This document shows, piece after piece, positions 26,293 to 38,281 of a stretch of DNA of 64,000 nt. This DNA comes from Octopus sinensis. Taxonomy: Eukaryota. The notes under the pieces were generated by a model that saw nothing but the letters and a program-made list of their open reading frames with translations, did no database searches and was not told the origin of the DNA. A program made the translations under genes and the position numbers. How positions within the stretch are numbered: the stretch's first letter is position 1; every line of letters starts with the position of its first letter. Location: the NCBI RefSeq assembly GCF_006345805.1, contig NC_043000.1, positions 144,212,001-144,276,000 of the forward strand, in the 5' to 3' direction.

Positions 26293-26602
26293 ATATTCAC
26301 GTGATCACGTGACCGACCAGTCCATCAGATGTAGTTACACATCGCTGGAAACAATGCGTTCGCATTGTTTAGCCTTCAAATGACCACCACCCCGCTGGCT
26401 AAAGCGAGCAGGCCAACAGAAGAAAGAAGAGTGGTGAAATAGTACAGCAGGGATCACCACCCCTGCTAGAGCCTCGTGGAGCTTTTAGGTGTTTTCGCCT
26501 CAACAAAACACTCACAACGCCCGGTCTGGGAATCGAAACGCGATCCTACGACCACGAGTTCGTGCCTAACCACTGACCACGCCCAGGCCATTGCGCCTCC
26601 AC
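26293..26602 (-). mobile_element. tRNA-derived SINE, second family
   Basis: Minus-strand head gtggaggcgcaatggcc..agtggttagg..gtttcgattccc with A- and B-box-like motifs. Short GTGA/TCAC-repeat tail. Confidence 0.7.
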
Positions 26603-26632
26603 ATTATATATATCACGGCACGTCACTTTTAG

Positions 26633-26975
26633 TGAAGGCGCATGGCCTCAGTGGTTAGAGCGGTCGAGCTTACGATCGTGAGGTTGTGAGCTCGAATCCC
26701 GGACCGGCGGGCTGCGTGTTGTGTTCTTGAGCAAGACAATTTATTTTCACGTTGCTCCAGTTCACTCAGCTGTAGAAATGAGTTGCGACGGTCACAGGTG
26801 CCAAGCTGTATCGACCTTTGTTCTTCCTTGGATAACACTGGTGGCGTGGGAGAGGGGAGGCCCGGTATGCATGGCGACTACTGGTCTCCATTAAAATAAC
26901 CTTGCCCAGACTTGTGCCAGAGGGTAACTCTCTAGGTGCAAACCATGGTCACTCATGACCGAAGGGGGTGGTTGT

Positions 26976-26976
<1 letters not shown>
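26633..26976 (+). mobile_element. tRNA-derived SINE, third family, with a CORE/V-like central domain
   Basis: TGGCCTCAGTGG A-box, (G)CTCGAATCC B-box, then ttgagcaagaca..ttgctccagttcactcagctgtagaaatgag. Confidence 0.75.
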
Positions 26977-27009
<33 letters not shown>

Positions 27010-27149
27010 ATATATATTATATATATAGATATATATATTATATATATATATATATGTATATATATACATATGCATATATGTGTTTGTGTGGTGTACCAGT
27101 ATATATATATATACATATGTGTAGAAATTGAATGAATTTGAAGCTGAAT

Positions 27150-27990
27150 TTGAATCCGATATTTAGCGAAAGAAATCTTATGAAACAGAATATGCGTGAA
27201 GTAGGACGTAGTCATCATTATTTAGACGTATGTCTAATATATATTGGTTTAGACCGTGAAGGTGATGTAGCCCGTGTCTTAGTGTATGAAGAGTCCAGGA
27301 TACGAACAGAGCAACTGGGTAGTAGAAAAGGCAATAAGATATACAGAAACAGAAATTTGTCCATGCAGAGAGTTTTGATATCTGAAATATCTATAAAAAT
27401 ACAGGGGAACTTGCAACTCAAACAGGATATGAGGTACTTCGATTGAAATAATTATGCTAAGAATGGCATCCACAGATTAGCAAACTCATAGCGTGAATAA
27501 CCGATGAAGGATAATATCGCATTAATATAGCCGTTGAGGTTACTTGAGGTGGAAAGTTAATCCAAACTTATCAGGGAATTTTTCATAAGCTGATCTGTTA
27601 AAGGTTAATTTCGATCTTACGTTATATTAGGAGTATTATCTTTACTTCAATAACTTGACATTGCAGTAGGTTTTCTATAATATCGTTTTCTATTTTAGAT
27701 AGTTTGCGAAAATGGTCTGAGCAATGTTCTATACACTTCATTTGAATACCTTCAGTTTCACTGATCCAAGTGGATCCATCATAGGCACAGAAAAGAGCAG
27801 CGGTCGATATATCTTTTAAATAGCTGTACATTGATTTTGGCGTCTTTTTTGTCAAAGGCCACTTTAATATCTGTGGACATGCTCAACTACCCTACGCTCT
27901 TAATTGCTCTCAGATCTCTGGGAAGTTGATTTATGGCTCTTTCATGATTCCTCAGCCTTCTAGATGAATTAGGATTAAGCAATTTATAGC
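27150..27990 (-). mobile_element. Decayed RTE-clade LINE fragment (APE-RT linker and start of RT)
   Basis: KKTPKSMYSYLKDI..DGSTWISETEGI..EH..IENLLQCQVIE resembles the RTE/BovB linker. Many stops. Confidence 0.45.
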
Positions 27991-28220
27991 GTAGTTTCTG
28001 TTCCGCATGCACGCACGCACACACACATACTCACCACATACTGACTCACCACGCTCACTCACACATAGTGTATGTGTGTGTGTGCGTGTTCGTCTGTGCA
28101 GCATGCATTATTATATCTAGGAATACATACACACATCATATATGTATATATATAATATATATATATATATTATATATATATATATACTATATATACATAC
28201 ACACACACACACAACATAAT

Positions 28221-28276
<56 letters not shown>

Positions 28277-28399
28277 CATACATATATATATATGTCCAGT
28301 ACGCAGTTATTCAGATGCACATACGAGACAACAAACAGAACATTGAAGAGTTAAAGAACTAACCACCCAAATACAATTAGAATGCTCCATGAAGCGCCT

Positions 28400-29900
28400 A
28401 GTCATGCATTCACCTACGCTTCTCTTAAGTCTGTAAATGCAATTTCCTGTTCGATGCGAGTCGCAGACAAATAAAGCACTCCTAAAATTATGTTTGCCAT
28501 GTTAGCCTGCACACGATGCGATTAAAATTAAGAATTTAAATCCATTGATATTTAATGCAGCAGAACTTCAGTGTTATCTCTCTCAAGTGGTTCTAAAGTA
28601 TACAAAACCGTAATTCTCGTGGATTCATCCGGGCTTATGTTATTGTATTACTACACAACAATGCCTAATCTGTCCAGCGGAAAGCCGTGGTGATTCCCGG
28701 ATCGGCCACATATAATGTTATAAACGAAGATTGCAATGAAATCTATGTTGCCGTACTTTTACACATGTGGTACTCGGTTCGTAAAAATAGTAAGTGACCA
28801 AGTATTTCAGGTTGTCATCAATAAATATCTCTGATCGGCGTACTTTTCATCGATGTTCATAATTATGTGTCCGAAGGTATGATGTTCTTATGGTCTTTTC
28901 TTTGTAAGAGGATGCCGTTCTTTAATACAATAATTTGAATGCTATTTAATTTTTTTTTATTTTTTGACAGTATATATTCATGATGCAGATATTTATAACG
29001 AACTTGTGTCTCTATACATATTGGTGACCTTGTCTTGCATTCTCAACCAAGTGCGTATCCTCAGACAATGAGATAATGAAATGTTCATCGGTATCATCCT
29101 TAACAGTAATGAGAAAAGAGCCGAAATGGATAAATTTCAAGTCACACAGCGACAACTCTTCAATGTAATATGGAAAGGGAAGCCATATTGTTACTTGGAC
29201 ATAAACTTTCAAGATATCTTACGATATGATCTAAATAACTTCAACGCCGCCACAAAAATGTATTGTGTAAACTCAAAACCATATATACGTGTCCTTTTGA
29301 CAGACTCGTTTTTGTCTAACTTACTGATATACTGAAAAAATGCAACAGGCCGTATCGAATGTCTCACTAAGGATAACTATATCGTGGGACGTAAATGTTC
29401 GTTTACACTCATCCATTAGCCATATTCCATTGTTCCAAAATATAATACTTTTTCAGCGAATATCTACCTGCAATATCGCATAGAACTCCATACAAACCGA
29501 ATTTAATTGACATTTTCAGATACAATTTGTGAATCTAAATTTGATAAGAGGCCGTTTCTTATACAAAAGTTTCTTCACAATATATTCCATTCTTTCGAAA
29601 CAATTGGCATATTTACCACTCTGTAATATCCAACTATACAAGTCAAATTTCTTGCAGTGTAGCAAACATACAAGAGAGTAACATAATATCTTCATATATC
29701 GTTCGCAAAATGTAAGTCTCAGCGCAGATTGCTTCCACCGTCTTTCTCAGTTGTGTTGCCAACATTGCTATGGCCGTCCATGTTAATGTCATATGACAAC
29801 CGGCCTTGAAGATCATGTGAAAGATTTTCCCCTTAACACTTCATATGATGGTCTGCAAAATAGCTATGAAATATGTAAGTCGCCTGCGAATATAGGATGT
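28400..29900 (-). mobile_element. Highly decayed LINE, probably RTE RT and C-terminal region
   Basis: Weak residual motifs such as KFIHFGSFL (similar to FKYLGS). Coding-like complexity with many stops. Confidence 0.3.
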
Positions 29901-30727
29901 TTAGTTGTGTGCAGTTTCTGTGTGAGCAAATGTTATCATATTTAGCCATGGAACGAAGGTTTCATCGTGTAATATATAATGGTTTAGTGTGGCTTACTTA
30001 CCAAGATGTAGTCAAAAAGGATGAATAAGAAATGTTACTTTCAAACTGTTTGGGGTGCAAAATTATCATGTATAATTAAACTTACAACTTGATGAAAAAT
30101 CTCAAGGGAATAAAGAAGTGTTCCTAAATTTTTACAATATCCTTTTGAAATATGTTGTATTTACGGAGTAAATATATAAACAGGGTAACAGAACAGGGAA
30201 AGAAACGTGTGGTAGTTTGGGCACAGGTGCACATGAACACACCTGTATGCGCGGGTTTGCGCATGTATTAAATTGAAAAGGTAACAGACATCCAAGACAT
30301 ATATACATACTCACATAAGGGAAGATGAAGAAGTCTTAGTGAAAATGAAATTAAGTACTTAGAAATTACTACACCCACAATTATAGTGTAATTAATGAAA
30401 TTAAAAAAACAGATATCCCACTCATTTATAAATATTGAAAAGAATCATCAGAATGCTCAGTAAATGGTGTGTCATATTATTAATATTTCTATAGCCTTTT
30501 CAGCCATGGTCAGTAATTTTTAATAATTGAAACGCTGAAGAATTCCCGGACATTTGGCAGTTGTAAATATGTCCAGTTCTTCAATGAGCGGGGTTTTAAA
30601 TAGTCTAATACTTAATGAGAGTTTGGCTGTAATAATATATATATATATATATATATATCTATATATATATATATATATATATATATAGGTGAGAAAGTTG
30701 GTGGGTGAAAGCACGTGGTTGAATAAT

Positions 30728-30922
30728 AGAAAATAGTAAAAAGTGAAAAAACTACAGTAGGTTGTTTTAAAAATTTGAAAAGCTGAACTCGAAACTGGTC
30801 ATTTCTTCAAAAACTATGTCATCGTATGAAAAAGATTTATAACATTCTTCAGACATATGACTCAAATATATTTTTTAACCTTTTAAAACAAGCCTTTCTT
30901 AGTTTTTTCACTTTTACTATTT

Positions 30923-30925
<3 letters not shown>
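30728..30925. repeat. Small element with about 45-bp terminal inverted repeats (family H3)
   Basis: agaaaatagtaaaaagtgaaaaaacta..ttgttttaaaa is mirrored by ttttaaaacaa..tagttttttcacttttactattttct. Confidence 0.8.
30771..30804 (+). ncRNA. Minimal type-I hammerhead-like motif with a U3:A8 covariant core
   Basis: aaau-UUGAAAA-gcugaacuc-GAAA-cug-GUC-auuu. 4-bp stem I, 1-bp stem II, near-palindromic stem III ACUGGU. Confidence 0.5.
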
Positions 30926-30994
<69 letters not shown>

Positions 30995-31019
30995 ATGTAA
31001 ACCCCCAACTATCTATATT

Positions 31020-32060
31020 TGGCAAATGTTGGTGCTCCTGATATCCTAACAGAAAGGATTAGGAACAAAATGAATTCGGCAGTAAGTCAAGATAAGTTCC
31101 AGGGCCACTGCCCTGAATATGTATCGACATCAAATTGCACCCTCTCTGGCTGACCTCTGGAGTAACTCACTTGATGCAACTACATTCCTAATCATTTTCT
31201 TCCAGTCTGCCGTCTCATTTACCAAAAAGAGAAACAAATCTCTTGCAGCGAACTACCGTCCGATTTCACTCATTTCTCATGTCACTAAAATATTTGAGAG
31301 GCTGGTGAGAATAACTCACTTCCTCGAACACAACAATCTACTGAACCCCAACCAGTATGGTTTCCGTGATGGCATGGGCTGTTTTGTCGCAGCTTCTGCA
31401 CCATTTTGATGACATTTAAATATCTTGGGAGAAGGCTCCAACACTGACGTCATATACAAAACCCTGCTGAAGAATCTGTCCAACACTGGAGAGCATGGAA
31501 AGCTGCTGCTGTGGATAAAGTGTTTCCTGACGAATATGTTGTGTTTGAGGGAATCCGTCAGTAGTGATGTCCCATAAGGTACTGTGTTGGGCCCACTCGT
31601 TTACATTATAGTAGACGTTTTCAAACATTCCACATTGAAAATGTTTGCAGGTGATTCCAAATTCCAGAAGGCCGTGAACGGTATGGGAGACTGACAATGA
31701 CTTCAGTCGGATCTGCTTGGTATTGTACAATGGGCAGAAAAGAACAATATGTTTCTGAATGAAGATAAGTTTAATTTGATCACCTTTGGAAAAGAGGATA
31801 CCCTGAAACTGCCATATGCCGTTCCCTCGGGTGACTCCCTAGTTTCATCCAACAACACCAGCGACCTTGCAGTAATTGTTGATAGCAATCTGCACTGGAG
31901 TTCCCACATAAACAAAAAAGTTGACTTCGCCCGCAAGATGTGCTACTGGATTCTAAGAGCATTCCGGTTTAGAGATGACCACACCATCATCCTTCTCTAC
32001 TCTAATCCTCCCCCCCAGTGAATATTGTCTACTGTGGTTTCCCCACACGAAGCAACTCAT
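31020..32060 (+). mobile_element. Decayed CR1-group LINE, RT region
   Basis: NYRPISLISHVTKIFERLVR, QYGFRDG, NEDKF and VDFARKMCYWILRAF are collinear with copy 1. Confidence 0.85.
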
Positions 32061-32069
32061 TATGCTAGT

Positions 32070-32830
32070 TCACCGCCAGCAGTTGAGCCTGTATTATAGT
32101 ATTATATCTTCTTCTCCAATGTCCACGTAATCCATCGTAATTGCCTCGCTGGTTATAGTTGAGGCGGCAAAGAAACCCACTGGTTTGTTCCTTGTCTGTG
32201 TTATAATGCGGTGGTAAAAGCACTTTTAAATGGGTCATTCAGTACCTCAATGATTTTGGTTGGGTTATCTGTGAGGGAGCCATCTTTCTGAATGAGTGGT
32301 CTTATTTTGCAACGTACTGAGGCCCGTTTTTTGACATAATGAAAGAAGGCCATTGGTTTTGATTTGGCGTTTTCTATAACCCAGGCTTCTTTGTTTGCAC
32401 TCTCCTTCGCATAGAATTATCGCAAGCTGTTTTCAATCCCCATCAGCGTTGTTTTTAGGCGGCACCTTTACTACTTTTGGAATATTGGTTGAAGTGATTT
32501 GCAACGTTCCTCCGTTGCCTCCAGGGGATTTTCCTCTTCCTTGCAATCTTGTTCCATTTTGTGTTGCCTTTATGCTCTGGGACATATGTCTGACATATGG
32601 GTTGCATAAAAGACACGAAATATTCTGGTTTCATGCTAATATCTGGTTTAGAGAGACATTTGAGCCAATCCAGTCTGATAATTTCTTTCTGGCTCGATTT
32701 CCAGTCTGCTTTGTGGAAGTTAAGATTGGAGAGATTTTGGGTGCTTCCTTTAGGCTGTATATCTCTGGTTACTTTTGGTCCATGTATAGACAGGTCTATT
32801 ATGTTGTGATCCGAAACTAATGTCAGTGTT
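32070..32830 (-). mobile_element. Decayed CR1-group LINE, end of APE plus linker
   Basis: SDHNII..LNFHKADW and KPMAFFHYVKKRASVRCKIRPL-like segments correspond to bases 170-900 of copy 1. Confidence 0.7.
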
Positions 32831-33319
32831 ACATTCACATTCTGAACTACGTCTAGAACTACGTTGTGCAGCAGAGATTCAATATGTTATTTGCCATGGT
32901 TGGTCGGAGCACAATTCATATATATATATAACAAAGTGGAGTTGTGGGGTACCGCACGAGTGGAATTATATACGAAAGAAGGTTTGAAAATGCAATTTAA
33001 AATATGTTTATTTACTTTACCGGTTTCACTCTTTGGAATATATATATATATATACATGGTGCAATGTGTAAATTGTCAACACTTATATAATTTCTAATGT
33101 TGCTGATCCGCATGTTTGCTTTTGCTTATGTCGAATACATACATACATACATACATATATATATAATATATATATATATATTATATATATATATATATAT
33201 TTATTTATTTATATATATATATATATACAGATATACACACACACGCATTCAAATATATATGCACACACACACATATTATATATTATAATATATATATATA
33301 TATTATCTATGCGTGTGTG

Positions 33320-33365
<46 letters not shown>

Positions 33366-33419
33366 TATTATATGTACATATATATACATATCTATATTTC
33401 CATATACATGTATATACAC

Positions 33420-33485
<66 letters not shown>

Positions 33486-35672
33486 GTATGTATATACACA
33501 AGTATATGACTCCTTCATATTCATGTATGTATGAATAGACCATCATTATCCACTGTCAATGTGATTAAAGGATTCCGCTTTATGGCACTTCAAAAATAAG
33601 CCGCTAATTCCTGGATACGGTCTGACATTTCGCATATTGCAGCAACTTGATTACGTTTTAACTCTTTTGGTAAATTATGTTTTCCTTTATGTTTTCCCAC
33701 CTTTTTTTGCATGTGCAAACACCAATTCAACCCACCATTTTCTTCCACTGATATTACTTAAACAGGAATTTTCGCAGTTTCCCTTTTCCACGCTTTCATT
33801 TTCTCACATGTATGCATCCATTATCCCATTGTTGCCAAGCAGTGCATTCTTCTTTCCTCAGATTTTGTTTATCGATTTGCTATTTACACTTTTCGTTACC
33901 GCTGTTACCGTTGAAACTTTACCGAAGATGTGTAAATATGTATCATTCTAGCATTTTCGAAAGTAACCGGAATCAGACTTCGAAATCCTTATAAAACAAA
34001 CATTTTCAAAAGAGCCAAAAAGGGGTTACGGTGGATATAATGAATGATAATTAGAAAGCTTTGATTTGGGAGAATAAGTGAGGTGTATTGCAATATCTTT
34101 CACACTGCGAAGTACATTTTCGGCATACTGCATGACAATAAATATAAAATTAAGTCTAGATCTGAAGCTTATACTTAAATGTGCATATGTTGAAGAGAGC
34201 TTGAATTTGTTGATCCATTACCACATCGGCTGTAATATACCAATAAATGTGGCGGTCATTCAAGAGAAAGCTTATGACTTGTGAGAAAATTTTTTAAATG
34301 TAAAAAGTGCTACGTCACAACTTAAGCAAATGGTTTTCTTGATAATAAACAATAGTTTTAAATATGGAAAATGTCTGTAAATTTTCACTGCGTTAAATTG
34401 ATTGGTAAACCTACAAGTGTTGATCAAGAGATTGATATTAATTATCAGTTCTTTTAGAAAAAAATTATCTTTTAATGTGGCAGTTATACAATGCTTAAGA
34501 TGATTTGCTTTCCTTGGAATATTGTTCATATGAAGACTTTTAATTTTGATAAATAGAATCAGCAATATGATTTGAGAGGGCATGCGGTATCCGATATGAA
34601 GCCAAATATCTAACACTTCTAAAATCTAAATGTGGCCAAATGTTAAGATATGTTTACCCAGCTGTAAAGTGATGTTGAAATAAGACTCCACGGATGACTA
34701 ACAAGCTTTTCTAAGACAGATTTACGAACTCTTTTTGTTCTGGTAATTAAAGACACAATTATACTCCCAACAAAGCATTTCGCACATTCACAATGAGCTA
34801 CATAATCCATTGAACTTAAAGTCTTTTATTGTGATGATATGAAAGTAGAGTATTTTCTTAAGCACGCAGCTTGTGAATGGGGATTTTTAAAAACGTGTGG
34901 CCAGAGATTGGTTATGAGTTTAAACGATTTTCACTAGAAAGATGTCTACATCAAATTCAGCATGCATGGAATTTTGACAGCAGTAAATTATGTATGCTTG
35001 AATATGGGCTAGAGTCGTGGAATACATCACAGAGAAAACAATTTAAAATGAAAGCAAAAGTAACTACAATTCAAGAAGAGGGCAAATAAGCTGTATACAT
35101 TTCATTAGATTTGACTACGAAGTATACGGTTAATAATTTAAAACTTTTAAAAGTTCTGCGAATGTTTGCTGAGAATGATTCTAATCCTAAAGCTACTTTT
35201 GAATTTACTGTTGGAGAAGCGAGTGAGCTCATTTACGGTACTAGTAACGGTGTTCCATAAAAGTCGAAAAGCATTCATTATATTCTCTCCTGCAATAGTT
35301 GCTGATGGACATAATTTACAAAGTAGACGATAGTTCTTCTTTTCTTGCCAATAAATCATTTGACAAAACAAAACCTCATGCAATATTCAGCAGCATTTAT
35401 GGCCGAGTCCGCAAGAAGTACGATATTACAATATTATTCCATAATGCATTTCTATTGAAATGAGTTTTATATATAAAAAAAAAAACTACATTCTGTTTAA
35501 ATATTGATATTTTCAGAAGAAGCAGCAGTTTCAGTGTTTCCGTCGGATGATACCTCAGTTCAATTCAAATATATGCGGAAATTGTTTTCACGCCACGGAA
35601 TACTATAAATATGCCTGAATATATATACATATATAATATATATATATATATACGTACATACATACATTCATA

Positions 35673-35731
<59 letters not shown>

Positions 35732-35756
35732 TATATATATATATATATATATATAG

Positions 35757-35787
<31 letters not shown>

Positions 35788-35905
35788 TATACATATCTAT
35801 GTATATATGTATGCATGTATGTATGTACACACGGAAATACATTTATATGCATAGACATGTATCTGTGTGTGTGTGCATATATATATATATGTATGTATAT
35901 AAATG

Positions 35906-35952
<47 letters not shown>

Positions 35953-36589
35953 ATACATATACACACACATATACACACACATACACACACATACTCAGGT
36001 ATATGTGTTATGATTTGTCAGATAAATTCGTTCGTTTCTTTCGAGTGTATGTTTTACATCTTTATTCATCTTTACAACGTTTGCTTTCATCTTTGAAATT
36101 TGAAAAAAAATTATGTTTCAGACAATGGAATGCCAAATATGAGTATAATCATTTTTGTACCTACTTCTCATCGCGTTCAATCAAATTTCTAAATTTGTCG
36201 ATGCTGCCAATGCCGTATGGAAGAACGTTATTTTAAAAAGAAACGTGCGAAAATGCTTTTCATTATATAAGAAGGTGAAATTCTACTTCAAAAACCCTCT
36301 GTTTCAGGCCATACTATTCAGTTTGATGTGAACCTATAGAGCGAGCTCATACACGGCGATCCCTGTCTTCCACATGGTTACTTTCGAAGTAGATGGGATG
36401 TTCTCATAATAACGTCTATCGTTACCTTCATTCGATGCGACACGGTCTGAAAGAATGAGATAAACTCCGGCGCCCTCCTCTACCGCAATCAATTACCTAA
36501 CGCGACTCCAGGCTGCTTGTGGACACAAACAGAGATTTCTTTACTGCATCATCAGCGGCGATGCAAAATGGTGTCTTTACGTCTATATG

Positions 36590-37240
36590 AATTAGAGGAA
36601 AAAGTTGGTGAGCGCCGACAAGAAAATAATTCCCTAGTGCAATCCAGAGCTGCATCGCCGCAATAAACTGACCTGATTTGGTGGATATCTGAAGGTATAT
36701 CGCTACGAAATAATTGAAAACACACATCGGGTCAATGCAGAGCTGTATGTTCAGCAAATACAGGAACTGAAAGAGGTAGAGCAATTAAAATGAGCTGAGC
36801 AGTTATACGCGTGCTTCTTCGACACGAATATGATCGTTTATTAGACCCAGAAAACCACTTGACACATCGTTTATTAGACCCAGAACACATCGTTTATTAG
36901 ACCCAGAAAAGTACTTGAGAGAGCAGTTGCGAGGTTCTGTCATTCAGGCTCACCTGCTCCATGCTTGTGTATAATCATCCAGATTATGACGTTTATCCTA
37001 TAATCTCCAACGGTATGTGCGACGTTTAAAAAAAAAAAAAACTCCGTGGCCTTAGAGACGTGATATGATGAATTCTTGAACGGCAGACGCAATGATTTCT
37101 ACTGTCAACACAGTAACAAGCTAGTGGAATGTCGGCAACTTGTGAACAATGAATGAGAATATATTATTATAAATGTTTTTGAAGAAATATAAGGACTAAA
37201 ATGAAAAGGTAAGTCAAAGAATTCATCGGATAAACAATTT
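36590..37240 (+). mobile_element. Decayed mariner (Mos1-like) transposase remnant
   Basis: WWxxEG..YEIIE..VNAELYVQQIQ-like segment and a C-terminal ECRQLVNNExEYII. Confidence 0.55.
36833..36910 (+). repeat. Three tandem copies of ATCGTTTATTAGACCCAGAA
   Basis: Directly visible, with short variable spacers. Confidence 0.9.
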
Positions 37241-37559
37241 CTGTAACTCCTTATACTAAAGAACCGTAAGCACTTCTTAATAAGTGTATCGGAAGATATT
37301 GATAATATCTTTCATAAGGAATGAATTGAAGCTTAATAATAGTTATTTCCAGTTTATTCAAAATACGTCCAGTTATGAAGTAATTTTGTCGAATGCATTG
37401 ACTCAAATACTGGAGGGATAAGGTGTAGAGATGACTTTGATGGGATGTGGACTTAAGATATAAACACGGAAATATATGCAACAGGTATGTTCTCCTACAT
37501 CCTAACGATTCTGAAACTCGTCACCTAAAACATATTTATAATATTGAGTTCAAAGTTTA

Positions 37560-37760
37560 GCACAAGGCCAGCAGGTTCGGAGACCCCAGCAATTTCATCG
37601 ACCCAAGAACTAACCTGGTACGTATTTTATTGATCCCGAAGGGATGAATGTCAAAGCAGACCTCGGCTGAAATTGGACACAGAAACTATAGACGGGTGAA
37701 ATATTGTTAAGCATCTTGCATAGGATGCTAACGATTGTACCAGCTTGCCGCCTTAAATAG
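37560..37760. mobile_element. Old SINE-like fragment; related remnants near 4630-4720 and 23700-24060
   Basis: Recurrent atcgacc..ctggta..tatcgaccccgaaaggatgaa..gacctcgg motif. Confidence 0.5.
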
Positions 37761-38216
37761 ACATATAATATTAGCAATAGAGAAAGGGAACTAGTTTCTA
37801 GCTTGACTTTGTTTTCGATATCAAACAGATAAATAGAAGATAGAGAGGAAGATATATATATGTATAGAGAGAGAGAGAGGCAGAGAGACTGTAGGACAAA
37901 TAGACCAACAGACAAACAGATAGATGGATATGTGGATAGAAAATAGATAGATAAATAGATAGAGAGAGAGAAAAAGTAAGAAAGAAACAAACAAACAAAC
38001 GAAGAGATAGGGACATTGATTTATGGATTAATTGATTGATCGATTCATTCATTGATATGCACTTATGTAGGTAGATAGAATGTGGAATCCGTTCTTCTGA
38101 TTTTCACGATATATATATGAATTTGGCAAACTTTTTCTTGCATTAGATTCTTTTTCCATTTCCTTTCTTGAACTGGAAGTTATTTTACCTGTTTCTAACA
38201 TGGAGTTGTAGGGTGT

Positions 38217-38281
<65 letters not shown>

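Noticed and set aside
26633-26710. Functional tRNA gene
   Set aside because: The tRNA-like head continues into a SINE body, with no proper acceptor stem or T-run terminator.
36833-36910. CRISPR-like repeat-spacer array
   Set aside because: Eukaryotic context, only three units, spacers of 3-13 nt and no cas genes.
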